In this document: positions 37,616 to 49,599 of the stretch, in pieces
Layout of the letters: each line of letters starts with the position of its first letter
Numbering within the stretch: the first letter of the stretch is position 1
DNA from: Nemertoderma westbladi
Lineage: Eukaryota; Animalia; Xenacoelomorpha
DNA length: 64,000 bases
Direction: 5' to 3'
Assembly: GCA_032718475.1 (NCBI GenBank)
Contig: JAUCBJ010000128.1
Location: 1 to 64,000 of the forward strand
Translations under genes and position numbers: made by a program
The notes under the pieces: generated by a model
Databases searched by the model: none
What the model was told of the DNA's origin: nothing
Seen by the model: only the letters and a program-made list of their open reading frames with translations

Positions 37616-38308
37616 ATGGCGACGGTAACACCTCTTGTCGGACTCGTATTGGGTGGGACAGGGGCTACTGGCAAGGCTCTAATAACCCAACTATTGGAGG
37701 ATTCCAATTTCACTAAGGTCATAGTCGTCGGCAGAAGAACAGCGTCGTTGTCGGACGATAAAGTCAAGGAGATTATTATAGACTTCGACCGAATAAAGGA
37801 TCACTCCAGTGCGTTTACTGGAGCGGATGTTGCGTTTTGTTGTCTCGGTACAACGCGCGGAAAATCCGGCGTTGAGGGTTTTAAAAAAGTTGATTACGAG
37901 TTTGTAGTTAATTCAGCCGAGGCGTTGAAAACAGGTGGATGCAAACATTTCCATCTGGTCACTTCGGCAGGTGCGAACGCCAACTCCCGACTGCTGTACC
38001 CCCAGACTAAAGGTCGCGCCGAGGAGGCGGTCAGGGCGCTAGGGTTCCCCCGAGTTAGTGTCTACCACCCCAAAATGTTGCTGACTAAACGCGATGAATC
38101 CAGACCGGCGGAGTCCCTCTTCCAGTCTCTGTTGGCCCCGGTCGCCTGGGCCTCTCCCACCCTACTCACCACTAGGTGTAGCACTCTCGCGCGCGCTATG
38201 ATTAACAACTGTTTTAACTCCCTCCCCGGTGATGATACTTACGAGGTTGTTGACAACGCGAAGATTCACGTTTTAGCTGACGGTTCTAGTAAAGATAAAT
38301 CCACATAA
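37616..38308 (+). CDS. HTATIP2: Oxidoreductase HTATIP2/TIP30/CC3-like atypical SDR, single exon
   Basis: GGTGATGK Rossmann motif, VGRR, AFCCLGTTRGKSG.EGFKKVDYEFV, HFHLVTSAGAN..S.LLYPQTKG, RDESRPAE. Confidence 0.9.
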   Translation: MATVTPLVGLVLGGTGATGKALITQLLEDSNFTKVIVVGRRTASLSDDKVKEIIIDFDRIKDHSSAFTGADVAFCCLGTTRGKSGVEGFKKVDYEFVVNSAEALKTGGCKHFHLVTSAGANANSRLLYPQTKGRAEEAVRALGFPRVSVYHPKMLLTKRDESRPAESLFQSLLAPVAWASPTLLTTRCSTLARAMINNCFNSLPGDDTYEVVDNAKIHVLADGSSKDKST

Positions 38309-40207
38309 ATTTGGCATTATTCCTGTAGGCGCCTATTCAAACATTATAAGTTTTAAAACTTCGTTTTCCTTACAACATAAGTTTTAAAACTTCGTTTTCC
38401 TTACTAACCTTACTTCTTTTCCTCACATCCTACGTTTCTTATAATTAATATCTTTCAAGTCACCGGACCGTGACAGGATACGATACGATACGAAATACAA
38501 TTTACGTATCTTGCTTGGTATTTTTTCGTAAAGGCCTAATCTAAATCTACATGTAATACGAATAACTACTGTACTTTTCGTACCAGAATTGTTTCCTATT
38601 TTTAACGATAACAGTCTTATCATAAATTAGTTATTTATCCGTTTATTTATTAAAAGGCAAATAACTATAATGCAACATTTCTACACCAGCAGTATACAGT
38701 ATTTATATAACCCATTATAACTATATATTATAATTTCTTTCAGTTTCAGATACTCCTATTCAACCTAGTGTTTGGATGGTTGTTTAATTAATTACTTAAA
38801 TATTTTATGGTGATGTTTATTCTTAAATGGCGGTTGTGTCGGATGGTAGGGTGGCTAGTTAGTAGACTAGACATTAATGTGCTGGATCGTATATCTAACC
38901 AATTAAATAATTTCTTTATTTATTCGTAATTAACTGCTCCCTAATTCGTTTGGATTTATGTGCTGTCTTGTTTATTGTAATTATTATGTACATTTTGTTG
39001 TTATTAAAAAAGTATATATATTATGTTGCTTCTTGATTTGTTGAATAATATAATTACTGATTTACAGTTGTCTGGAGTGCTCTTTCTTATATCCTGTTGG
39101 GATGGTTAGGCTTCCCGGATTGTAACATTAATTTGTCGCTCGGGTCGTATATAGGTGGCAAGAAGGCTAATACGTACCGTGTTAACCGGATCAGACATTT
39201 CCCACTACAGGATCAATCCTGCTCCTAAATATAAAAATCTTAATATCCTCCAGTTTAACCTTCTGAACTCTCATCAAGTTGCCCTACGAACACACTCAGA
39301 CTACTCTATTCCTAAAGTAAGATCTCAAAGGAAAGACCCATGAGTTTTCAAGGCTCAACAATATGGAACTCAGTCCCCTCTGACTCTCTGACTTAATATA
39401 TAGAAATTTATTATTGCTTATCAACCTGTAAAGTAACAGTCACAGTCTCTTGCTTAGCTCGTATAGTAACATTTGCCCCCCCAACCCCTGACCAACTCCC
39501 CCCCCCCCCCCCCCCCCCCCACCTCCGCACGCCCGTGGCTATACTAGCCACGCTATTGCTCTTTCTATAGTCACTACCTATCTTGTAATATGTATCATTA
39601 TTATATGACGTCTTATTGTCATTTAGTGTATACTGTATGCAATGGGAATATCGGATTACCAAATCAAACTTAAACATACATTTCGGATTTCCAGGATGGT
39701 CACTCTCGGGAACCCTACTTTTTTTTATCAAAGTATCCAGTTCGGTATAAAATGAATGTTGGCCCCGAACTCGTGTTTTAATTGTCTGATTTGTTTTCCC
39801 AACTTTCACAAAATCGTTCTGAAATCTAATTGGCGGGCTAGTTTACAGTACTGTCTCTCTAACAACAAATGTACTTATAGGCAGGTGGTTCAATTGGCGT
39901 GATAAACGCACACGAAATTCATCTTTGTTCGACTTTGGAAAGGATCGCAGATCAATAACTATTCTACAGTAATTGATACATTACGATGTAACAACATGGA
40001 GCATGGAAGTCAATCTCCCTTTGAGCCGCCACACAAATGCCCTTGTTTGTAGAGTGAGTCAGAATCAGAAGCCATACTTAATGGCTTCCAACGCACACCG
40101 TGGCTTCTGAAACATTTGGGAACTGCACAGTACTGCTGTAATTAATAGGTACCGGGCTGTATAGTAGATTACTGTAATTTCTTTCAGTTTAAAAATAACG
40201 CCGAAGG

Positions 40208-40233
40208 CAAGGACTACTATATAGTAGTCCTTG
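40208..40233. other. Probable P-element excision footprint
   Basis: Perfect 26-bp palindrome CAAGGACTACTATATAGTAGTCCTTG between GCCGAAGG and GCCGTAGC (6/8 match, degenerate 8-bp TSD). Confidence 0.55.
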
Positions 40234-41115
40234 GCCGTAGCTTATCTGAGCCGATATTCAAATCCAAATACTTGTGTATATTAATTAACTTGAATATAAT
40301 CCTGTTATTATTAGAGAAACTATAAATACGACAATATAATATTGAATTTAAAAGCAATTACAGTAATTGAATTGTGTTGTAGGTAAGCGGGAAATTTAAA
40401 AAGTATTACAGTTCTCGGTTTTATTTTTCTATTTAGAACTACCGGTACCGGTAGGGTAGTCAGGAAATGCTTAGTTGTTAACTTTATGGACCGGTATACT
40501 AGCTGTATAGGCAGGGCCTTATCAAACCTTGTCTAAAGGTACTTTTATCGGTGTCCGAACGCGAACTGCCGAATTCGCTATGAGAATTTGGGAGTCAGGG
40601 GTGGGACGTACTAGGTAGCGGTACTAGCATTAGCGTAGTTGTACCAGTCTGCCATTCAGCAGTTCAGGCTGTCAGGAGTACAGGAACGGGAGTAGATATA
40701 GTCTTTTCTAACCAAAACTTGCTCACTGAAGAACTAGCGATTAACAACTTTAACAGGGTGGGTATAAATTAAACGCTGCGCCTACTACCGACAACCAACG
40801 CCGACAACCATTATTAAAGATAATTAATGTTATTTATTAATTTACTGATTGAGGGAAATGAGCAGGTTACAGTGTAAGCTTATTCTAACCAAAACGATAA
40901 ACGAGAGTCACGAATTCAGGTTACATTTTCATATTTGCTGTTGTCGGCAGTGGTTGTTGGCGAGGCGTTCACACCCATAACACTGTAACAGGTTGACTTT
41001 CGTATATATTCTGTACAGCTTCTGTAGATCTATCAGCCTATATCTGTATATGTTCGTGCATATTTGAGCTTGAGCCTTCGTTTCTTTCCACTTAAATCTC
41101 ACCATTCCTGCAATC

Positions 41116-42780
41116 ATGGTTGAGAAAAATGTTTTAAAACGAGGAAAACCAACTATCGGTGCTTTCTCTAACAAACGGAAGAAAAACCGTTACTTTATAT
41201 TAAAGAAAAATGAAAACAAGACAAAACTTTCAGCCTTGAAGACTCGACACAATAAATTACTGAAACTCCGCGATAAAGCGCTTCTTACAGCCCACGAGAA
41301 GGCCAATAAACTAAAAGTAGCGAAACACTCTAGGGGCGAACCGGTCCCATTGGACGAGTTAGCAACCGCCAGTTTACGTTCCAGCGTGCGAAGCCGCGAG
41401 GATAAATACACCAAGGCGGTGAACCAACTGGTGCGAGCGGATATGCTTCTGACGGAAACATCGGGCTATTTAATACCGGATGAGGGCCAACAAACAGCCG
41501 AGATATCGCAGGAAGCCATTAGGGATGCTGTCGACATCGCCAGCGCAAATAAATCATTTAATTTACAGCTGCAATTCGGACCTTATCACCTGGATTACAC
41601 GCGCAACGGTCGCTTTATGTGTCTCGGCGGCGCAAAGGGTCACGTTGCTGCGTTCGATTGCCTCACAAAGGATTTACTATTCGAGATTAACGTTATGGAG
41701 AGCGTTTCGGACATTAAATGGCTTCATCAGGAGACCATGCTAGCGGTCGCGCAAAAAAAATGGCTCTACATATATGATAACAATGGAATCGAGTTGCATT
41801 GTCTTAAAACCTTCCCGGGAGTAACTCGTATGGAATTCTTACCTTTCCACTTCCTATTGGCCACGACTAGCGAACGCTCTTACCTTAAATACTTAGACAC
41901 TTCTATAGGACGTGAAGTTTCCTCTATAAACACTAAACTCGGTCGTTTATCCGTTATGTGCCAGAATCCGGACAACGCCGTGGTCCATCTCGGACACGCG
42001 AACGGCACTGTGACGTTATGGAGTCCGAGCGTGGCGACGCCGCTCGCCAAGATGTTGTGCCACAAAACCCCGGTGCGAGGGGTCGCGGTAGACCCCACGG
42101 GTCGTTACTTAGCAACCGCGGGTCAAGACGCTAAATTGAAATTGTTTGATATTCGAGGTTTTAAAGAACTTAAAGAGTTTCGGGTTGTTGAATCGGTTTC
42201 GTGTTTGACTTTTAGTCAGCGGGGGTTGTTAGCCGCTTCCAGGGGGTCTGTAGTCGAGGTTTACCGCTGGGAGACTGATCAAGGTTCGCCGTACTTACGA
42301 CACGAATGTGACGACACTGTGGCCTCATTGCGTTTCTGCCCGTTCGAGGACGTTCTCGGGGTTGGGCACCGACGTGGGGTCGATAGTCTGTTAGTGCCGG
42401 GGAGCGGGGAGTCCAATTACGACGCGTTGGAAGCCAATCCGTACCGGGGAAAGAAACAACGACAGGAGATGGAGGTTAAACAGTTGCTGGATAAACTGAG
42501 TCCGGATATGATAACTCTGGATAATACGGTGCTCGGAAAGGTTGATGTACGGGAAATAGGGGAGGAAACTGGGGTTGTTAAACGTCCGGGGAAGTTCGTA
42601 CCGCGTTGGAAGAAAAAGGGGAAAGGGTCAGCGGGAAAACGTGAGAATATAAAGCAAGGAGTTAGGGAGAAGAGAGTTAGGGAAGAGGTTGATAAGGTTG
42701 TGGATGTTACTGAGGGAGGTGGGGGGAGTGTAAGGAAACCGTTTGTTCCGTATAAAACTACGTTAGATCGTTTCCTGTGA
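41116..42780 (+). CDS. WDR46: WD repeat-containing protein 46 (UTP7/BING4), single exon
   Basis: FGPYHLDYTRNGRF, AVAQKKWLYIYDNNGIELHCLK, MCQNPDNAVVHLGHANGTVTLWSP, FCPFEDVLGVGH, BING4CT VPGSGESNYDALEANPY, terminal LDRF. Confidence 0.95.
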   Translation: MVEKNVLKRGKPTIGAFSNKRKKNRYFILKKNENKTKLSALKTRHNKLLKLRDKALLTAHEKANKLKVAKHSRGEPVPLDELATASLRSSVRSREDKYTKAVNQLVRADMLLTETSGYLIPDEGQQTAEISQEAIRDAVDIASANKSFNLQLQFGPYHLDYTRNGRFMCLGGAKGHVAAFDCLTKDLLFEINVMESVSDIKWLHQETMLAVAQKKWLYIYDNNGIELHCLKTFPGVTRMEFLPFHFLLATTSERSYLKYLDTSIGREVSSINTKLGRLSVMCQNPDNAVVHLGHANGTVTLWSPSVATPLAKMLCHKTPVRGVAVDPTGRYLATAGQDAKLKLFDIRGFKELKEFRVVESVSCLTFSQRGLLAASRGSVVEVYRWETDQGSPYLRHECDDTVASLRFCPFEDVLGVGHRRGVDSLLVPGSGESNYDALEANPYRGKKQRQEMEVKQLLDKLSPDMITLDNTVLGKVDVREIGEETGVVKRPGKFVPRWKKKGKGSAGKRENIKQGVREKRVREEVDKVVDVTEGGGGSVRKPFVPYKTTLDRFL

Positions 42781-42904
42781 GTAAATAGTTTCGTTTACTT
42801 TGACGTCAATCGATTATTTTATGGATTAAAATTTCTTATTACATAAAAACAAAAATCCAAATATATTTTTTTTCCTCCCAATTATACTATTTTACTATGT
42901 TATA

Positions 42905-43518
42905 CACCATGACCCGTAATATTATGTCACTTGCTGATGACACGGACCCACCCCCCAAATTTTTCTACAGATCTGGCTCTAGCACAATACAGGCGCTACT
43001 TTTTATATGGAAAACATACAAACATACAGCGTTATTTTAACTTGGCTGTCTGGGGTTACTTAATGACTTGGTTATTGGGGTGTTTTGTAGGTACTGACTG
43101 GGATATTGATTTGTTTTTTAGGTTAGGGTTTGTTACAGCGTTATTTTAACTTGGCTGTCTGGGGTTACTTAATGACTTGGTTATTGGGGTGTTTTGTAGG
43201 TACTGACTGGGATATTGATTTGTTTTTTAGGTTAGGGTTTGTTGGTCAGGCACAAACAGTAATTAAAGCAGTAATTTAACCCTAACCCTAAGTCATGAGG
43301 CTTTAATCCAAGAAATTTTGTGGAATTTTGGACTTTTTCATTTTGCTATTTTAAAAGTGTCTTTTGCGAAATCGAACCCTCCCTTCATGGGGCCAACGAC
43401 GGTGAGTTGGACTAGTTGTGTTCCAAATTTCAAGCAATGTGATAAAGACTTGTAGAAAGATTTGGGGGGGGGGGGGTGCGTGTTATCAGCAAGTGACACT
43501 ATATAATGGGTCATGGTG
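42905..43518. mobile_element. MITE with about 65-bp imperfect TIRs and TA flanks
   Basis: CACCATGACCC...GTCACTTGCTGAT.ACACG versus CGTGTTATCAGCAAGTGAC...GGGTCATGGTG; internal 109-bp tandem duplication 43025-43243. Confidence 0.75.
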
Positions 43519-44384
43519 TATTATTGTATTCAGTAGCTCTTCGTACATTAACAAACTGTTCTAGAATTTGGGGTATTTATATATAATCGGAAATTATATA
43601 AATTAAGCCGGGATTTGGAATAGCAAGTAAAATAACAATTAAATTGGTAACTGCTACGACTATATGATGAAAGTTTGACTTTAAAATAAATAGAAATTAA
43701 AATAAAATTATTAAAAACCCACCCAGAATCATAGCTGTTTGCTGTTGTGGGGAGTGGGGGCAATGTCGTGTGATGCGTGGTGGCTGAGGGAGGACCCAAG
43801 CAAATACAGTCAATGGTAGCGCTTTGAAAATAATTAATGTTTTATAAAAACTGCAGTGGTGGAAACTATGGATGGCGAATCGAGTTACTATGTGGTAGGT
43901 GTTTGATAGCGTCCATTAATTGTTCCGAAATGCAGGTGCTGTCCAGAAGTCGGGTGGTAACTGCGCAACTTTAAGGGGGGGGGGGGGGGGTATACACCCC
44001 TCAGGTAAAATTTTCAAATTATTGTTTCTTTATTTCATCTAGAGCAGAATTTAATGAGGATTACAAATCTGAAAACCGCTTAGTGAGATCTATTTCAGTT
44101 CTCGAGTTATCACTGTTTTTCCATATGACCGTCTGTCCGTCAAATTGTAAGAAAGACAGAAGACCGACAGACAGACAGATAGACTAGATTCCGGCAAAAA
44201 TTAAAACTGACATCGGAAATGAAATCAACGAGATTATCGCCACTTTCAATCTTAATTACACTAAATTTCAGGCGGTTGCTAGGGAAAGGTAACCTTGTTG
44301 CTATGGAAACGTGTATCAGCGCCAATGTCACTATTACCATCTTCTCTATCTGATGGATCATTTCGTCGGAGCCCCAAAAACATC

Positions 44385-45860
44385 GAAAATGTACTGCATT
44401 CATAGACCTACGAAAAGTTTTTGACTCTGTAGATAGATCTGCTATGTGGGTTAAACTTACTGGGCTGGGATTCAGCGGAAAAATTGTTGATGTCATAAAA
44501 AGCATATACAGTACAACACAGTACAGTACATTACAGTCCTGTGTCCGAGAAAATGGAGTCTGCTCGACGGATTTCTGGTGTTTGATAGGTGTTAAACAGG
44601 GGGAGTGGTTATCGCCGCTGCTATTTAACTTATTTCTGAATGACTTGGAAGATGAGTTGGGGAGGGGGGGGGGGGGGGGGGGTGGTACAGGGCAGGGCAT
44701 TTCATTAGATACATTTAGATTGTTTTTACTTTTATACGAGGATGACATAGTTATAGTAGCAGAAACAGTTGAAGATCTCCAATAATCATATTTTATAACT
44801 ACTGTAAATACTGGGCATTATCAGTAAAAATATACAAGTCGAATATAGTTATTTGCCGCACAGGGGGGTATTGTCGCGGCCATAGAAATGGGTTTATGGT
44901 GGGGCGATGATTAATGTAGTCAGCAGTTATACATATTTTGGTATATTACGTATTTACCAGCGGGTGTAAATTTAATGCCGCACAAAAGGGTGAGAATAAG
45001 CCGAACGTGTTAACTTAAAGTTTATCAAGATATTTTTGTACGTAAAGCCTTCGACACCAAATTTTATAGTGTGCGGGGAGTCGGGTATATTACTGTACAG
45101 TAGTACCTTTAAGTTTGAAAGGAAGATCCGCATTGTGAAAATGTGGGCTGCGGCTACTTAGGCCTAATAGTAACCGGTTAATTAGGTAGGCGTATAATAT
45201 ACAGTTAACTAACTTAGAGGAAGGAAACGGTGGTGATAACTGGGCGACGAATGTTAGGAACTTATTGAATTATTTGGGATTCAACTGGGTATAGAACATG
45301 GCCTACTACACAGTGTAGTAGGCCATGGTATAGAACGACCAGGAGTTAGTCAGTAAGAGGGAATTTTTAATGGCAGTGCGAGAACTGATGTCCGCACAGT
45401 TTGTGCAGTTGTAGTGGTCTGAAATCTCGGGGTCACCGAAGGGAAGGTACTATGTGAAGGAATCATTGGGCGTGGAAAGCTATCTGCGTGTCCTGAGTGG
45501 GCACCCGTCATTTAAGGAGGGTTGTGGCGAAGTTCAGTTGTTCGGCGCATAGACTAATGATAGCAGTACGGAAGGTGGTACAGTATAATGTTGTTGAGAC
45601 ACATGAATTTACATTTTGCTAGGGTGGATACGTGGAGGACGAATTTCATTTTTTAATTGTGTGTAGAAGATATCGGGACGGACATTCGGACCAAATATTT
45701 CAGTAGCAGTACCAACAATTGAAAAGTATGAGGAAATTTTGTCGGCCAACAGTAAAGAAAAATTAATTAAACTAGGAAGATTTTTGTGGGAGGCTTTCGG
45801 GCGGAGCGAGAACATATTATCCCTAGGATAGCATCCATTCCTTATTTCTTCTTATTATTA
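44385..45860 (+). pseudogene. Decayed 5'-truncated non-LTR retrotransposon (RT, RTEX-like)
   Basis: DLRKVFDSVDR, GVKQGEWLSPLLFNLFLNDL, LLLYEDDIVIVAE, later SAHRLMI and EFHFLIVC remnants; many stops and insertions. Confidence 0.75.
45297..45327. other. Probable P-element excision footprint
   Basis: CATGGCCTACTACAC-A-GTGTAGTAGGCCATG flanked by a perfect 8-bp duplication GTATAGAA (45289-45296, 45328-45335). Confidence 0.7.
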
Positions 45861-46372
45861 TAATTTTTTTAATCTCTATTTTTCTAGTTGGTTTTTATGG
45901 GATGGGGGCGGGGGGTGGGGGTGGTAGTACACGTACCATTATGTCAATAATAGTTTCAATTTGTAGTGGTGCGTACAGTACAACCTCAAGTTTATTTGGT
46001 GTAGGCCTATATTACAGTGCAGTTATTTCAAATATTCCATTAATTTGACAGAATTTGTGGTATATTACACACTAAATTAAATCTATTACTAAACTGGTTG
46101 ATTACCCCATGTTTCAATCATGATTTAATTGAATATACTGTACAGTGGTTTCTAGGGAAAGGTCATCTTGTTGCTATGGAAACCGTGAACCGAACCCCAC
46201 TTATATTTCTAAACTAACCAAGTTATATAATATGAATTGTTCTTCATATGGCTGTTGTATTGTTCAGTATGTAATGACGATAATGTCTATTCGATGATAA
46301 AACATTGTGTCCGACAACCGGAACCTTACCCTTTCCAAACCCCCGTACCACGGGTTTCCCACCCAAGCCTAA

Positions 46373-49300
46373 TGTGGGGCGAGCCACGAAGTGAGTGAGC
46401 CTTAGCGTAGTGGTACCATTAATCAACCTGTGGGGCGAGCCACGAAGTGAGTGAGCCTTAGCGTAGTGGTACCATTAATCAACCTGTCGTTCTGTCGTTC
46501 TGTCGTTCTGTCGTTCTGTCGCGTTCAATTTTAAACGTTAATAACTCGGCCAATCTTTGATGAAATCTATCCAAACTTGGTACACATGTTGTTTGGCAAA
46601 AGTTTAGAAATTTTCCAAGTAGAATTTCAGTGTGGCCTTCGAGAAGCTAAGATAATAGCAGTTAATTAGTTAATTAAGTTATTACGGTAAAAACACCATT
46701 TTCAACCTGCCTTTTAAAGGAAATTAATTGTTTTACAGTATAAGATTTAAATAATTATAATTAAAAATTATACAGATGTAATCCCCATACGCCATTCTAT
46801 TATAGTTTTTAATTAGTTCAAGTGATTTGCTTTAATAATTGTGTCTTTAATTGATCTAAAGTAATTAAAACGGCAAAAAAAATTTATTCTCATTAAATAC
46901 TGCTCATTTATTGGCCAACATGCTGGTACATAGATGGGATGTGTGTGTCATTCCCAGTTGCTGGGAATGATTATTGGTCAAGTCTCTGCTGCTGGCTGGG
47001 AGTTGTTGCTAAGACTAACCAGAGAGGAATAGTAATAGACAACCAGTATTGCTATTCCAGCCCAGACAGCATTCTTTAAATTCACTATAAATGTTGTATT
47101 GCTATCTCAGGTGAATGACAGATATCATAACATAAATACTATCCATGGCATGGCTGTTGTGTAGGCTTCTGAAATAGTTTATTCCACAATGTATATGTCT
47201 GGTTATTTTTTAATTGAATTTTTGCAAAGTAGTAAAATTAATGTTCTTAAAAATAATATTATTATTTTATATGTAACCTAGGAAATTAGCTACATTTTTT
47301 CGCTGCAGCTTTAAGAGTGTACATTAATTTAATATTATTTCAATACCCATATTACTACATCGGCATAAGATGCGTTGGCGTTGTATCACACATCTCCACA
47401 TATCACACATATCCACATAGATGTATCAACAGTTACTCGCACAGTTTCGAAACTTCGCATAGTTATAACTGTATAAAGATCGTCAGTCTGCGTTTAGGAA
47501 AAATATTTTATAACAAAACTGGACAAGCGACGAGCGCAACGAGGCATATAATGAAGACGAGTACTGCGTTGACTAAATTATTATATAAACCACCTGGCTT
47601 CACATATTGATCGCATCCCTAGTTATTATTATTATAAAGAACGTCCTAGCCTGCGTTTAAGAAATATATTTAAATACAAAACAGGACGAACGCAACGAGG
47701 CTTATAATGAATACGAGTACTGCGTTTATTATATTCCTATAAACCACCTGGCTTTGCATATTGAACGTGCGATTGGAAATAAGTTCGTGCTACCCTTCCG
47801 TGGGTGGTAGATGTCGCGGTTATGTATTGGTGGTTGGGAAGGGTGGGGGGGGGGGGGGGGATTAAAAGGGGTGAACACGTACTGTCCCCCTTTCTTTGAT
47901 TGATTGGTGGTGTGGGTAAATTTCTCAAAACCTGATTTTGTGATACAGTCGCTCAATTTTAATTTGTATCTCATAACTGGGCCTCGTGCTGCGCGAAGGC
48001 CCCACGAACGTGTCGTTCTGTCGTTCTGTCGTGTTCAATTTTAAACGTTAATAACTCGGCCAATCTTTGATGAAATCTATCCAAACTTGGTACACATGTT
48101 CTTTGGCAAAAGTTTAGAAATTTTCCAAGTGGAATTTCAGTGTGGCCTTCGAGAAGCTAAGATAATAGCAGTTAATTAGTTAATTAAGTTATTACGGTAA
48201 AAACACCATTTTCAACCTGCCTTTTAAAGGAAATTAATTGTTTTACAGTATAAGATTTAAATAATTATAATTAAAAATTATACAGATGTAATCCACATAC
48301 TCCATTCTATTATAGTTTTTAATTAGTTCAAGTGATTTGCTTTAATAATTGTGTCTTTAATTGATCTAAAGTAATTAAAACGGCAAAAAAATTTATTCTC
48401 ATTAAATACTGCTCATTATTGGCCAACATGCTGGTACATAGATGGGATGTGTGTGTCATTCCCAGTTGCTGGGAATGATTATTGGTCAAGTCTCTGCTGC
48501 TGGCTGGGAGTTGTTGCTAAGACTAACCAGAGAGGAATAGTAATAGACAACCAGTATTGCTATTCCAGCCCAGACAGCATTCTTTAAATTCACTATAAAT
48601 GTTGTATTGCTATCTCAGGTGAATGACAGATATCATAACATAAATACTATCCATGGCATGGCTGTTGTGTAGGCTTCTGAAATAGTTTATTCCACAATGT
48701 ATATGTCTGGTTATTTTTTAATTGAATTTTTGCAAAGTAGTAAAATTAATGTTCTTAAAAATAATATTATTATTTTATATGTAACCTAGGAAATTAGCTA
48801 CATTTTTTCGCTGCAGCTTTAAGAGTGTACATTAATTTAATATTATTTCAATACCCATATTACTACATCGGCATAAGATGCGTTGGCGTTGTATCACACA
48901 TCTCCACATATCACACATATCCACATAGATGTATCAACAGTTACTCGCACAGTTTCGAAACTTCGCATAGTTATAACTGTATAAAGATCGTCAGTCTGCG
49001 TTTAGGAAAAATATTTTATAACAAAACAGGACAAGCGACGAGCGCAACGAGGCATATAATGAAGACGAGTACTGCGTTGACTAAATTATTATATAAACCA
49101 CCTGGCTTCACATATTGATCGCATCCCTAGTTATTATTATTATAAAGAACGTCCTAGCCTGCGTTTAAGAAATATATTTAAATACAAAACAGGACGAACG
49201 CAACGAGGCTTATAATGAATACGAGTACTGCGTTTATTATATTCCTATAAACCACCTGGCTTTGCATATTGAACGTGCGATTGGAAATAAGTTCGTGCTA

Positions 49301-49521
49301 CCCTTCCGTGGGTGGTAGATGTCGCGGTTATGTATTGGTGGTTGGGAAGGGTGGGGGGGGGGGGGGGGATTAAAAGGGGTGAACACGTACTGTCCCCCTT
49401 TCTTTGATTGATTGGTGGTGTGGGTAAATTTCTCAAAACCTGATTTTGTGATACAGTCGCTCAATTTTAATTTGTATCTCATAACTGGGCCTCGTGCTGC
49501 GCGAAGGCCCCACGAACGTGT
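46373..49521 (+). mobile_element. Helentron-associated non-autonomous element (HINE/DINE-1-like), head-to-tail dimer of a ~1.51-kb unit
   Basis: 5' TGTGGGGCGAGCCACGAAG (56-bp head duplicated), (CTGTCGTT)n microsatellite, 3' CGTGCTGCGCGAAGGCCCCAC with GTGGGGC/GCCCCAC subterminal inverted repeat; ~46500-48012 nearly identical to ~48013-49521. Confidence 0.7.
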
Positions 49522-49599
49522 TTGTACTGTAGGGGTAATTACTGTAGCGTTTGTACTGTAGGTGTAGGTAAACTAGTTACAGGCACACGGGGGGGGGGG

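Noticed and set aside
39155-39809. LINE 3' remnant (..GSTIWNSVP) and GIY-YIG-like KVGKTNQTIKTR fragment
   Set aside because: Too short and degenerate to support without a search
43277-43291. Telomeric TAACCC repeats
   Set aside because: Only about 2.5 units, inside a MITE
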